From IMG/VR virus record IMGVR_UViG_3300045988_008627: a DNA stretch of 38,390 nt; one strand, written 5' to 3'. Positions within the stretch are counted from its first letter, which is position 1. Every line of letters starts with the position of its first letter. Both the position numbers and the translations under genes were made by a program. Source of the DNA: a virus. The notes below the pieces were generated by a model, which saw only the letters and a program-made list of their open reading frames with translations, ran no database searches and had not been told where the DNA came from. Shown here one piece after another: positions 13,499 to 21,300 of this stretch.

Positions 13499-13843
13499 TT
13501 ATTGCGCACTGCTATGTCCGCATTGCGCCTCCAGCTGGTGCAGGAACTTTTTCACATCGCCGTTCCCGCCCATTTTTTTATACTTCTCTCCGGCGATCAG
13601 ACGTTCTGCCATTGGCATTTCCTCTGACATGATGGTCAGACGGAGAATTGCGAGATACTGCTCGTTCTGATGCGTCTGCATCTTGTCGAGCTTCTTGTCG
13701 ATCTCGCCTAGGTGTTCCTCCTGCGTTGAGGCCTTGCCGTGCTTTTTCTGTATCGCGCCGACGACGGCGTTGACAACCGCCGTCAGCGCGGACGAGCCGA
13801 ACACGGCGCAGACGAGCGTAACGATGATGGTCTTGGTGTCCAT
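13499..13843 (-). CDS. N-terminally membrane-anchored protein (114 aa)
   Basis: The TM segment IIVTLVCAVFGSSALTAVVNAVVGAI is followed by a helical soluble part. The gene lies between the fibre genes and the lysis cassette. Confidence 0.55.
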   Translation of the reverse strand: MDTKTIIVTLVCAVFGSSALTAVVNAVVGAIQKKHGKASTQEEHLGEIDKKLDKMQTHQNEQYLAILRLTIMSEEMPMAERLIAGEKYKKMGGNGDVKKFLHQLEAQCGHSSAQ

Positions 13844-13867
13844 GGTGTTCTCCCTTCTTCTCGTAAA

Positions 13868-14266
13868 TTACGCCTGTTCCTGCCAACCAGCCGGATATTC
13901 CGCTGGTGAAAATACATTCCCGTCAATCAAGCTGATGTAATGCTTGCCTTCAAACGTCACCTTGTCACCCTTATTGTAGGCATCATGCGCACCCGTAGGT
14001 TGCACAAATTCCGGCCATTCCTCTAGTGAAACGATCACAAACAGTGCCGGTGTAATATCCGGTGTCCAGTCTGCCTGTGAGGTATGCGCCTGCACCACGC
14101 GATATAATACGCCATTGTATTGCAGCCGATCATCGACCGCGTAAGAATGGCCTGTCACCCACTGTGGGAATAACTCTACTGCTTGCAGTGCATCCTCATC
14201 GGGTAAGCTAATAGACGCTTTTTCAATATAGGGTCTCAATGCTCTGGCTCTTTCTGTGTAACTCAT
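13868..14266 (-). CDS. Protein with two CBM5/12-like carbohydrate-binding repeats
   Basis: YAVDDRLQYNGVLYRVVQAHTSQADWTPD and YNKGDKVTFEGKHYISLIDGNVFSPAEYPAGWQE resemble the chitin-binding-type Y-x-G-D-x-V-x-Y-x-G-x-x-Y...W motif. ATG 14266 has GGGGAGA upstream, and TTG 14269 is an alternative start. Confidence 0.55.
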   Translation of the reverse strand: MSYTERARALRPYIEKASISLPDEDALQAVELFPQWVTGHSYAVDDRLQYNGVLYRVVQAHTSQADWTPDITPALFVIVSLEEWPEFVQPTGAHDAYNKGDKVTFEGKHYISLIDGNVFSPAEYPAGWQEQA

Positions 14267-14577
14267 CAATCTGTCTCCCCAAGTAAAATTTTCGCCGCTG
14301 TTTCTGCATCTGTGAGTGGCAGTGCCGCGCCCATTTCCTCATAGCTGCCTTCTGGCTCAGTACCTTTCAGCGTATGGTCTGTGAGATGAAACACCATGTC
14401 AGAAAGCACCTGATGTTCAGTTCCTTCTTCATCCGTAATAGTCACAGCCATCTTCGCGCAAAATCCTTCTGCCTGATCTTCCTTGCACGGGACATAACAA
14501 CCGTTGCCGTGCAGTCGGATGGGCACAATACTGTCCGCATACCCGGCAAACGCGCCGTCCTGTTTTACTGCATACAT
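14266..14577 (-). CDS. Hypothetical tail-region protein (103 aa)
   Basis: ORF 14266..14676 trimmed to ATG 14577 (MYAVKQDGAFAGYADSIVPIRL), which overlaps the upstream gene end. Confidence 0.5.
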   Translation of the reverse strand: MYAVKQDGAFAGYADSIVPIRLHGNGCYVPCKEDQAEGFCAKMAVTITDEEGTEHQVLSDMVFHLTDHTLKGTEPEGSYEEMGAALPLTDAETAAKILLGETD

Positions 14578-14936
14578 GGTATCCCTCCAAATTTCTCTTG
14601 ATAAATTTTCTCTAATCGCTCTGTGCTTGCGGTACGCAGCCGGTTTTTCCAGTACCCGTTTTCCTGCCCCGGCCATTTGTCATCCGTAAAGTCTTCACCG
14701 CAGCCGTGCTTTTCGTACCATCGATAGAGAAGTTCAAGCATTTCTTGCCGCTCTTCTCCTTCCTGCGTGTTCGGCCTGAAATGCTCCCATCCGTTTTCAG
14801 ACGTTGTGGCGCATATCCGCCTGCCGTCCGCTGCAAACAGGAACCCTTCGATCTCCGATACCACAGTTCCGTACCGGAGATTAAATTCTCCATCTATTCC
14901 TGCTCCGCGGAAACGCTTATACACGATATACTCCAT
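14565..14936 (-). CDS. Hypothetical tail-region protein (123 aa)
   Basis: ORF 14565..15071 trimmed to ATG 14936 (GAGGGA 7 nt upstream), just after the upstream stop at 14948. Confidence 0.5.
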   Translation of the reverse strand: MEYIVYKRFRGAGIDGEFNLRYGTVVSEIEGFLFAADGRRICATTSENGWEHFRPNTQEGEERQEMLELLYRWYEKHGCGEDFTDDKWPGQENGYWKNRLRTASTERLEKIYQEKFGGIPCMQ

Positions 14937-14947
14937 GCGCTTTTCCC

Positions 14948-16090
14948 TCATACGCAAAAGCCGGGTGGGAAGCCGAAGGAAGCGCGCGCGGTGTGGTCTT
15001 CGACTGTCCCGTTGGTGTTCACATTCTCGAAACCGTCGGAGCTGCTCGCAAGCGGAGAACGGAGCCACCAACGAGCGGCGGCACTCGTTCCGTTGTGCTT
15101 GTACTTTACCTTGCTGTTTCCAGCGGAATAATAGGCGTACTGCGCTTGCTTACTCGCCTCGTTCGAGTTTGCTCTCGAAATGCTCCCGAAAACCTCAAAC
15201 TCCGAGAGGAGGAAAAAGTAATCCTTTGTCGCCGTGACCGCACTCGCGGATGTGCTATTATTTCCCGTATTGTCCGTGTACTTGGTAACGGACTTTAGGA
15301 CTGCACGGAGCGCCGCCGGAATGACTGCGATAATCGTTCCGGAATAGCTCGAGAGGCTTGTCCCGCAAATATTTGTACGCATTTGCGAGCTCGCCCATCC
15401 GCCGGAGTTCGTTGCACTACTGTTCATAGAGAAATAGCCGGTTGTCGAAACGGGCGAGGTATAGTAACTATCGCAGAAACACACGTCCGTACCGCCGGAG
15501 AGCGCGGTCTTTGCAAGTTGGAAATGGATACGGTTTTCCCCTTCTAGGCTCGCGTTATGGTTAAATCCAATAATGAACGCATATGTTGTGTAATTAGATA
15601 GTGTAAGATGTCCAACCGTGCCGTTTAGCGTTACAGCCTTTCGGTCACCGACGCTCCAATAGTTCGCGCCCTGTCCCGCGTCGGATATATCTTTTATTGT
15701 TTCCCAAGTATTTTTATTCAGTGTCGGATATACAAAATTAAGCGACACCGCGTAACTGTCCGTGATAGTTACGGCTTTTGTGTCGGACGTTTTCCCGTCC
15801 AGTGTCGCAGATACGCTCCATGTTCCGGCTTCCGGAACGATAAGCGTGCAAACGCCGGTGCTGTCAGATGTTCCTCTGATCGTTTTTGAGCCGTTCGTCG
15901 CCGTGACCGTCGCACCGGCAGATACTGTTACGATCAGCCGCAGAGCGATTCCGGTCTGAATCGTACCGATTACTGCGGCAAGCCCTTCGATGGTCTGTGC
16001 CGCAGGGGCTGTGCCGCCTTTGGCCTCCACTGCGTCATACGCCGCGCCGACTGCCGTGATAATGCGGTCGATCTCGGTCTGTACGCTCAT
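14948..16090 (-). CDS. Receptor-binding or tail-fibre protein with a C-terminal WWLRSP lectin-like domain
   Basis: The N-terminus MSVQTEIDRI is shared with the neighbouring fibre gene. The C-terminus DYFFLLSEFEVFG...AARWWLRSPLASSSDGFENVNTNGTVEDHTARASFGFPPGFCV matches the recurrent xWWLRSP...G(V/F)xP(A/G)F domain of phage RBPs. Confidence 0.65.
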   Translation of the reverse strand: MSVQTEIDRIITAVGAAYDAVEAKGGTAPAAQTIEGLAAVIGTIQTGIALRLIVTVSAGATVTATNGSKTIRGTSDSTGVCTLIVPEAGTWSVSATLDGKTSDTKAVTITDSYAVSLNFVYPTLNKNTWETIKDISDAGQGANYWSVGDRKAVTLNGTVGHLTLSNYTTYAFIIGFNHNASLEGENRIHFQLAKTALSGGTDVCFCDSYYTSPVSTTGYFSMNSSATNSGGWASSQMRTNICGTSLSSYSGTIIAVIPAALRAVLKSVTKYTDNTGNNSTSASAVTATKDYFFLLSEFEVFGSISRANSNEASKQAQYAYYSAGNSKVKYKHNGTSAAARWWLRSPLASSSDGFENVNTNGTVEDHTARASFGFPPGFCV

Positions 16091-16103
16091 GTCTGTTCCT
16101 CCT

Positions 16104-16985
16104 TTAGATCGCGGCGAGGGCGTTTTCGATGTCGTCCGTCAGGCTGACTGTGCCGCCGGAGGTATAGCCTGCGGGGATGTCTACGCTGGTCTGCGTGAGG
16201 CCGTCGATGGTCTTTGCAATCGCGCCGTTGTTTGCCATCGTGCCCTCGACTTTGCTGCCGTCTGCCAGCACGATAAACTTGCCGTCCAGCACGTCGGCGG
16301 CTCCGGCAGTCACGCCGGAAACGTCCTTGTATTTGTCCGGAATCGCGCCGACCTTGACCTTGCCGAGGACTTTGCCCTTTGTGGGCGTAATGTCCTGCGC
16401 GGCCTCGGCAGGCGTGGCGGACTTGGTTTCCAGCACGACGGATACCTTGCCCGCGCCGGAGTGCTTGCCCGCCGGGACGGTGTATTCCTGATTGCCGGCC
16501 GTCGCGTCCAGGACCTTTTCGACCGCGCCGTTGTCCGGCATGGTGCCAGCCTGCGTTACGCCGTCTGCATCGATAAAGACTTTATTCGCCAGCACGTCAG
16601 CGGGCGCGGCGGTCGTGGCGGAGACGTCCTGATAGTTTTCCGGGATCGCGCCGACGGTCACACCGGACAGGCCGTAATAGCCCTGATCGGGCGTGACGGC
16701 CTGCTGCTCCTTCGTCGGCGTTACCGACTTGGCTTGCAGCTGGTAGTTGCCGCCGCCTCCGACGCCCTTGACCGTTCCTGTGCCGTCGTGGTAGCCCTTC
16801 GGGACGGTATAGCTCTCGCCCTCCTTGACCTGCGCGTCGACCGCGCCGTTATTCTTGATGGCGGCGGCCTTGTCGGCCAGCGTGCCGAGCTTGTCCGTGC
16901 TCGCGGCGAGGCCGAGGCCGACGAGCCATGTGCGCAGCTTGTTCCGCGCGGTCTGCAATCTTGTAATTTCAGTCTGTGTGCTCAT
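16104..16985 (-). CDS. Tail-fibre protein with three internal repeats of about 90 aa
   Basis: The N-terminus is MSTQTEITRL. The repeated blocks contain NNGA(V/I)...Y(T)VP.G(Y/K)H.G.G.V...TPTK...VGAIP(E/D)(N/K)Y(Q/K)DVS...ADVL...GTM(P/A)(D/N)NGA. Confidence 0.65.
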   Translation of the reverse strand: MSTQTEITRLQTARNKLRTWLVGLGLAASTDKLGTLADKAAAIKNNGAVDAQVKEGESYTVPKGYHDGTGTVKGVGGGGNYQLQAKSVTPTKEQQAVTPDQGYYGLSGVTVGAIPENYQDVSATTAAPADVLANKVFIDADGVTQAGTMPDNGAVEKVLDATAGNQEYTVPAGKHSGAGKVSVVLETKSATPAEAAQDITPTKGKVLGKVKVGAIPDKYKDVSGVTAGAADVLDGKFIVLADGSKVEGTMANNGAIAKTIDGLTQTSVDIPAGYTSGGTVSLTDDIENALAAI

Positions 16986-16997
16986 AAAATCCTCTCC

Positions 16998-17636
16998 TTA
17001 AATCGTCGCGAGCAGCGCGTTGATGTTGCCGACCTCCGCAAACACAGCGGCGGACGTTACGGGCTTGGTGTTGTCCTTCTCCACGATCTCCGCCGTATCG
17101 ACGGAGAGCGTATTCGTTTCCGCGTCCAGCTTGAGGCCGGAGCCGATCTGATAGCCTCCGCCGCCTCCGCCGCCGGACTGCCGGGCTTCGTTGATGGCGG
17201 CGACGAGGTTGTCCTTGTTGTAGGTCTTGAGATCGTCCAGGTCGCCGATCTGCTCCTGCAGCTGCGCCCAGACGGGGAGCGTGGGATCCGCCGAAGGATC
17301 GCCGGACGGCTCCACCGCAGACTGCACCTTGCCGAGCGATACCCAGACGGTCGGCAGCACGACGCCGGAGGCGTTCGTGCCGTACACGCCGACGCGGGCA
17401 TAGCGCCCCGCCACGGCGAGAATCTCTGGCGGAACGGCCACGGTATCGCCATCCCATTTCGCCGGGAGTACGTCGATGGTGGCCCTGCCGTTTGTAAAGA
17501 CGGCGGTCTTCGTCAGCCCGTCCCAGTCGGATGAAAACGCGAATTCGACGCTGACGGCCTTCGCCATGCCCGCCGTCAGAAGCTCCGGCGGCGAGCACAG
17601 ATGTGCGCAGGCTTTGGTGATGTGGATCTGGATCAT
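16998..17636 (-). CDS. Tail fibre or baseplate-associated protein with a poly-Gly hinge
   Basis: 212 aa. PTLPVWAQLQEQIGDLDDLKTYNKDNLVAAINEA is followed by a G7 tract. The position is in the fibre cluster. Confidence 0.55.
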   Translation of the reverse strand: MIQIHITKACAHLCSPPELLTAGMAKAVSVEFAFSSDWDGLTKTAVFTNGRATIDVLPAKWDGDTVAVPPEILAVAGRYARVGVYGTNASGVVLPTVWVSLGKVQSAVEPSGDPSADPTLPVWAQLQEQIGDLDDLKTYNKDNLVAAINEARQSGGGGGGGYQIGSGLKLDAETNTLSVDTAEIVEKDNTKPVTSAAVFAEVGNINALLATI

Positions 17637-17656
17637 GCGTTATCAGCTCCTTCTTT

Positions 17657-17683
17657 GCCGCCCGAAAGGGCGGCTTTTTCTTT
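17657..17683 (+). terminator. GNRA-loop hairpin with a T tract on the plus (antisense) strand only
   Basis: GCCGCCC GAAA GGGCGGC (17657-17674) is followed by TTTTTCTTT. On the coding (minus) strand there is no U tract after it. Confidence 0.45.
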
Positions 17684-17694
17684 CCTATTGTGGT

Positions 17695-18189
17695 CTATCC
17701 GATCACGGTTCCGTTGACCAGCAGTTTTCCGCTGCTATTGCACGCCAGCGTCGCGTATGTGTTTGCGTTGTTCACCACATACACTTTTCCGAAGCACCCG
17801 CCGTCAAACCAGTTGTTTGCCGCGCCGATGTATTCATCTCCATGTATGCCGACGAAAAACCTGCTTCCGCTCATTTTTACGCCATATCCGTTTTTTATGA
17901 TTCTGTCTTGATATCCGCTGGTTCCGCCGCCTCCGCCGCTTCCTGGCGGACCTACGACGTACTCGACGACGTAGCTGCCGGAGATCCGCGTGACCTTGAC
18001 GCGGTCGCCCGCGGCGAAGGTGGCCGACGTGTTGCACTTGTAATGCTTCGTCGTGGCTTCGGTCTGCCCCTCCAAAATGAGGGACAGGCCGTCTTCGTAG
18101 ACCGCGCCGACGGTCGCAAGAAAGGCTTCCGGCAGGTTTTCGTCCGGGATCTCGATATTCGTCACAAACAGGCTGTTGATGCCCTCCAT
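17695..18189 (-). CDS. Hypothetical baseplate or tail-tip protein (164 aa)
   Basis: Its start overlaps the upstream stop (TAATG). It has a Gly hinge, PPGSGGGGGTSG. Assigned by position only. Confidence 0.5.
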   Translation of the reverse strand: MEGINSLFVTNIEIPDENLPEAFLATVGAVYEDGLSLILEGQTEATTKHYKCNTSATFAAGDRVKVTRISGSYVVEYVVGPPGSGGGGGTSGYQDRIIKNGYGVKMSGSRFFVGIHGDEYIGAANNWFDGGCFGKVYVVNNANTYATLACNSSGKLLVNGTVIG

Positions 18190-19235
18190 TATGCGATCAC
18201 CGTCCTTTTTGCAGAGTGTGTCATGAGGCTTCCGGCCTGCATCGTGACCGACCAGCCGGTTTCAAGGTAAATGCCGCCGATCTCGTCGTGCGTCAGGGCC
18301 AGGATATCTCCGACGCCGTGCCCCGGCTCATTGAGCGTGTAAAATGTAATGGCGCGCGTAGCAAGCAGCGACTCGTTGCGGCGCTTGTCGGCATAGGCCT
18401 GCAATTCGTCCTGCGAGGCGATATTGTCTACCCGCTCGACGGAGGTTATGCGCATGCCGCGCTTGAATGTGGATTTCTTGGAGGCCGGATTGTCGTTGAC
18501 GGCCGTCGCCACCATGGCCGCGTCCATGTCCGGGTTGTTGCAGGTCACGATGAAGACGTTCGGCGCGTCAAAAATGTCCGTTTCGTCTGACCAGTCCGGC
18601 CCAGGATGTTTCTCCGGGAGAAACAGGTCTGTCACGCCGTATCGCCAGTCGATGATTGCTGCGGACGGCTCCTGATACGGTTCGAGCCTGCACACGCCGT
18701 CGGCGTCAAACCAGAGGCTTTCGTAATTGATCTCGGACAGCAGCGCGTTCACGATCGTCAGATAGCTCGTTCCAATCGGCCAGTCTTCGCGGTCTGTCGC
18801 CAGCACAGCGGCGTTCGGCGTTGCGATCACGAGCGAGATGCCGCAGTCTGTCAGCAGCTTGCGGATCTCAGTGATGTACGACGAGCCAGCGGCAAGATGC
18901 AGGATCGTCTCGGTTTTTTGCGTATACACGCGCCAGCAGCGGTCGTAGGCTTCGATCTCTACGCGCGTGCTGCCCGCGCTTCCTTTTTGGCTGACGGTCG
19001 CAGCCTGATAGATGCCGAGAGAGTGCTCCGTCCCGTTTACGATGATCCATGGCCGCAGCTCGTCCGATTCCCACGCCGCTACGGCATTGGGAAGAAAGCT
19101 GCCCTTGAGCGTGCCGTGGATGTTCGCGGCGCGGTCACTCATGATCTGCGGTGGGCTGCCTGTGTCCCATTGCAGCTGCGTGATGGGCGCGCCGTTCCGG
19201 AGCACGTCGATGCGGAAGCGGACGTCACGGGTCAA
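18189..19235 (-). CDS. Tail tip/hub protein (Tal-like, short form)
   Basis: 348 aa with a TTG start at 19235 (GGAAGGAGG 9 nt upstream). Synteny follows the standard siphovirus order TMP-Dit-Tal. Confidence 0.55.
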   Translation of the reverse strand: MTRDVRFRIDVLRNGAPITQLQWDTGSPPQIMSDRAANIHGTLKGSFLPNAVAAWESDELRPWIIVNGTEHSLGIYQAATVSQKGSAGSTRVEIEAYDRCWRVYTQKTETILHLAAGSSYITEIRKLLTDCGISLVIATPNAAVLATDREDWPIGTSYLTIVNALLSEINYESLWFDADGVCRLEPYQEPSAAIIDWRYGVTDLFLPEKHPGPDWSDETDIFDAPNVFIVTCNNPDMDAAMVATAVNDNPASKKSTFKRGMRITSVERVDNIASQDELQAYADKRRNESLLATRAITFYTLNEPGHGVGDILALTHDEIGGIYLETGWSVTMQAGSLMTHSAKRTVIA

Positions 19236-21300
19236 GGGTGATCGCCTCCTTCCGGTTCGTGTGCGAGATGGTGAAGGAATAGTGGCGCATGAACTCGTCG
19301 CAGTTGCTCTCGAGCGACGGGAGCGAGCCGATGGCCATGTTGCCGTAGCGGTCCTTGAGGCAGACGAGGCGGCCTACAAGGGCCTCAAGCGCAAGGGCGG
19401 CGGCCCGCTGCGCGTGCGGCCAGGCGCAGGCGACGGATAGGGCGCGGTCGCGCTGCTCGCTGCGCTCCTCGACTGGGTAGGCAAGGCCCGCCAGATGGAC
19501 GGTCGAGACGCCGGCCGAGAAACTGGTGCGGTTGGTGCGCAGCTGCGTTTCGGACAGGCGCATCTCGAGCCAGACGCCGGTCTCGAGGTCGCAGACCATG
19601 TTGGTCTCGGGCAGCACTTCGACAGTGTCGGAATTGGACACGCCGTAGTTATCGCTTTCGTCGTAGCAGCCGCGGACGCGGTAGGTGACGGAGCCGATGC
19701 TGGTGTGGTCGACGTACTGCTTTTGGACGGTGCGGCCAATGGCGACGCCGTCCCGCTCGATCAGATAAAAATCATAGCTGCCTGCGGTCTGCCATGTGAG
19801 CGCGGCCTCGTGGGCCGCGTCGACCGACAGTGTGATCGCCTCGCCCTCGGTGTGCGAAACGGGGAGCGCGGCTGCGCTCCACTCGGACCACATGCCGTAC
19901 TTGTTCTGCACGCGCACGCGAATGGTGTATCTGCCGTCGGCGAGGTAGACCGGCGAGCGCCATGCCTTCTCCGTGCCGTAGACCGTGCCGGAGGCGTAGC
20001 CGCTCGAGAGCGTCAGCTGATAGGCCTCCTGCTCAGAGGTCTGCCAGGTGATGCGCGGGCGCGGGCCGGTGGACTGAATGACGATGGACGGGGCGGACGG
20101 GGCGTTGATGGCGATAAACTCGGCCTTGTCGCTCCATTTTGACGGCGTGCCGTCTGTGTTGTAGGTGCGGACGCGCCAGTATTTTGTTCCGCTTGTGAAT
20201 TTGTTCGCCGGAACGTCGTAATACTGGTTTTCTCCCGTGACGGTCACAAGGGGGTTCCACGTCGTACCGTCGGCGGACCACTGCAGATCCGCTTTACTCT
20301 GCGGCGTGCCGGTGGAAATGATGTGCTTCCACGAAAAGCGGTTGACGATTGTCGCGTCGATGACGATGCCGGAAGGGGAGACGGGCTTGGCCGTCGGGGT
20401 AACGTCTGTTGTCGTGATCTCCTGCCATGCGGACGTCGTTGTCGTTCCGCTGTTTGCCGTCACCTTTACGCGCCATTCGAGCGTCCCGGACGGGAATGTG
20501 TTTGCCGGGACCGTGCAAGCGGTCGTCGCGCCAGACACGCTTATCGTTTTTGATGTGCTTGCGTTTTTTACGCGCCACTCAAAAATAGCGGAGGTTTGTT
20601 TCACCTCTGCGAAGCAAACCTGCGTGAGATCTGTGTCATCCTCGGCGTCCCATGTAAATGTGTTTTTTTGAAACCTGTTTACGAACGCTCCTGACGATGG
20701 GGAAAAATTGTCTGCTTTTATTCCGACATTGTCGTTTGAGTACTCGCATGTCAGGAACGGCTTTCGCGTTGATTTTTCCCCATAAAAAATTGCTTCGCTT
20801 GTTCCAGACGGCGCTCCTCTGAACGCAAAAACAAATCCATTCTTTATGCCGCTTTTTAATTCTGTTTTGCGTTCTTCACTGTATGGCGTATAATCTGCAC
20901 TTAGCTGTATAATCTCGTTCAGCATAGACCAATATCCATCGGCGTGCTGCAAAATGCTCTGTCTGTAAACGCTCGGCCTAGTCACATATGTTACTGTGCT
21001 CACATCGAGTGGGCTTGCCAGCCCGTCCACATATGCCCAAATTTGTTTATACCCAGTCTCGCTTTCTTTTGTCGGCTGTGCGTATATTGTAAGCGTCACC
21101 TTTGTTACGCGTTTAAATTTATACGCATCTCCCGGCACAGGGAATTTGATATATATGTTATCCCCTTGCTTGACGTTTCCTGCTTCCCCCGTAAACGGGT
21201 CCACAAACAACTTGTACTGTGCAAGATTTGAGTAGTTTGTATTCGGGTGGTTCTTTGCAACTGCTGTCGACCCACTCGCCTGCACTGTAAAGATCGGCAT
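19225..21300 (-). CDS. Distal tail protein (Dit-like C-terminus) expanded with about four FN3-like repeats and a distinct N-terminal domain
   Basis: 691 aa, immediately after the TMP gene. The repeats carry (F/I/L)(T/S)W...W(R)V patterns, for example FTWDAED..EWRVKV, FSWKHI..YWRVRT, ITWQTSE..IRVRVQ and LTWQTAG..YRVRGC. The N-terminal third (about 20640-21300) is visibly more AT-rich. Confidence 0.6.
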   Translation of the reverse strand: MPIFTVQASGSTAVAKNHPNTNYSNLAQYKLFVDPFTGEAGNVKQGDNIYIKFPVPGDAYKFKRVTKVTLTIYAQPTKESETGYKQIWAYVDGLASPLDVSTVTYVTRPSVYRQSILQHADGYWSMLNEIIQLSADYTPYSEERKTELKSGIKNGFVFAFRGAPSGTSEAIFYGEKSTRKPFLTCEYSNDNVGIKADNFSPSSGAFVNRFQKNTFTWDAEDDTDLTQVCFAEVKQTSAIFEWRVKNASTSKTISVSGATTACTVPANTFPSGTLEWRVKVTANSGTTTTSAWQEITTTDVTPTAKPVSPSGIVIDATIVNRFSWKHIISTGTPQSKADLQWSADGTTWNPLVTVTGENQYYDVPANKFTSGTKYWRVRTYNTDGTPSKWSDKAEFIAINAPSAPSIVIQSTGPRPRITWQTSEQEAYQLTLSSGYASGTVYGTEKAWRSPVYLADGRYTIRVRVQNKYGMWSEWSAAALPVSHTEGEAITLSVDAAHEAALTWQTAGSYDFYLIERDGVAIGRTVQKQYVDHTSIGSVTYRVRGCYDESDNYGVSNSDTVEVLPETNMVCDLETGVWLEMRLSETQLRTNRTSFSAGVSTVHLAGLAYPVEERSEQRDRALSVACAWPHAQRAAALALEALVGRLVCLKDRYGNMAIGSLPSLESNCDEFMRHYSFTISHTNRKEAITLDP

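Noticed and set aside
14948-15110. Possible diversity-generating retroelement (DGR) variable region at the 3' end of the WWLRSP-type receptor-binding gene
   Set aside because: A DGR needs a reverse transcriptase and a nearby template repeat. No RT-like ORF exists in any frame of the window. The genome is too tightly packed to hide a non-coding template repeat. I saw no second copy of the 3' segment.
15990-17534. Very long plus-strand ORFs antisense to structural and early genes (for example 15990-17534 at 514 aa, 1695-3209 at 504 aa, 12094-13083, 26256-26915, 27862-28659, 29162-29884 and 33128-34234)
   Set aside because: They are mirror frames of well-supported minus-strand genes in GC-rich DNA. 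Their translations are low-complexity and R/A/G/P/L-rich, they lack Shine-Dalgarno sites, and they match no family signature.
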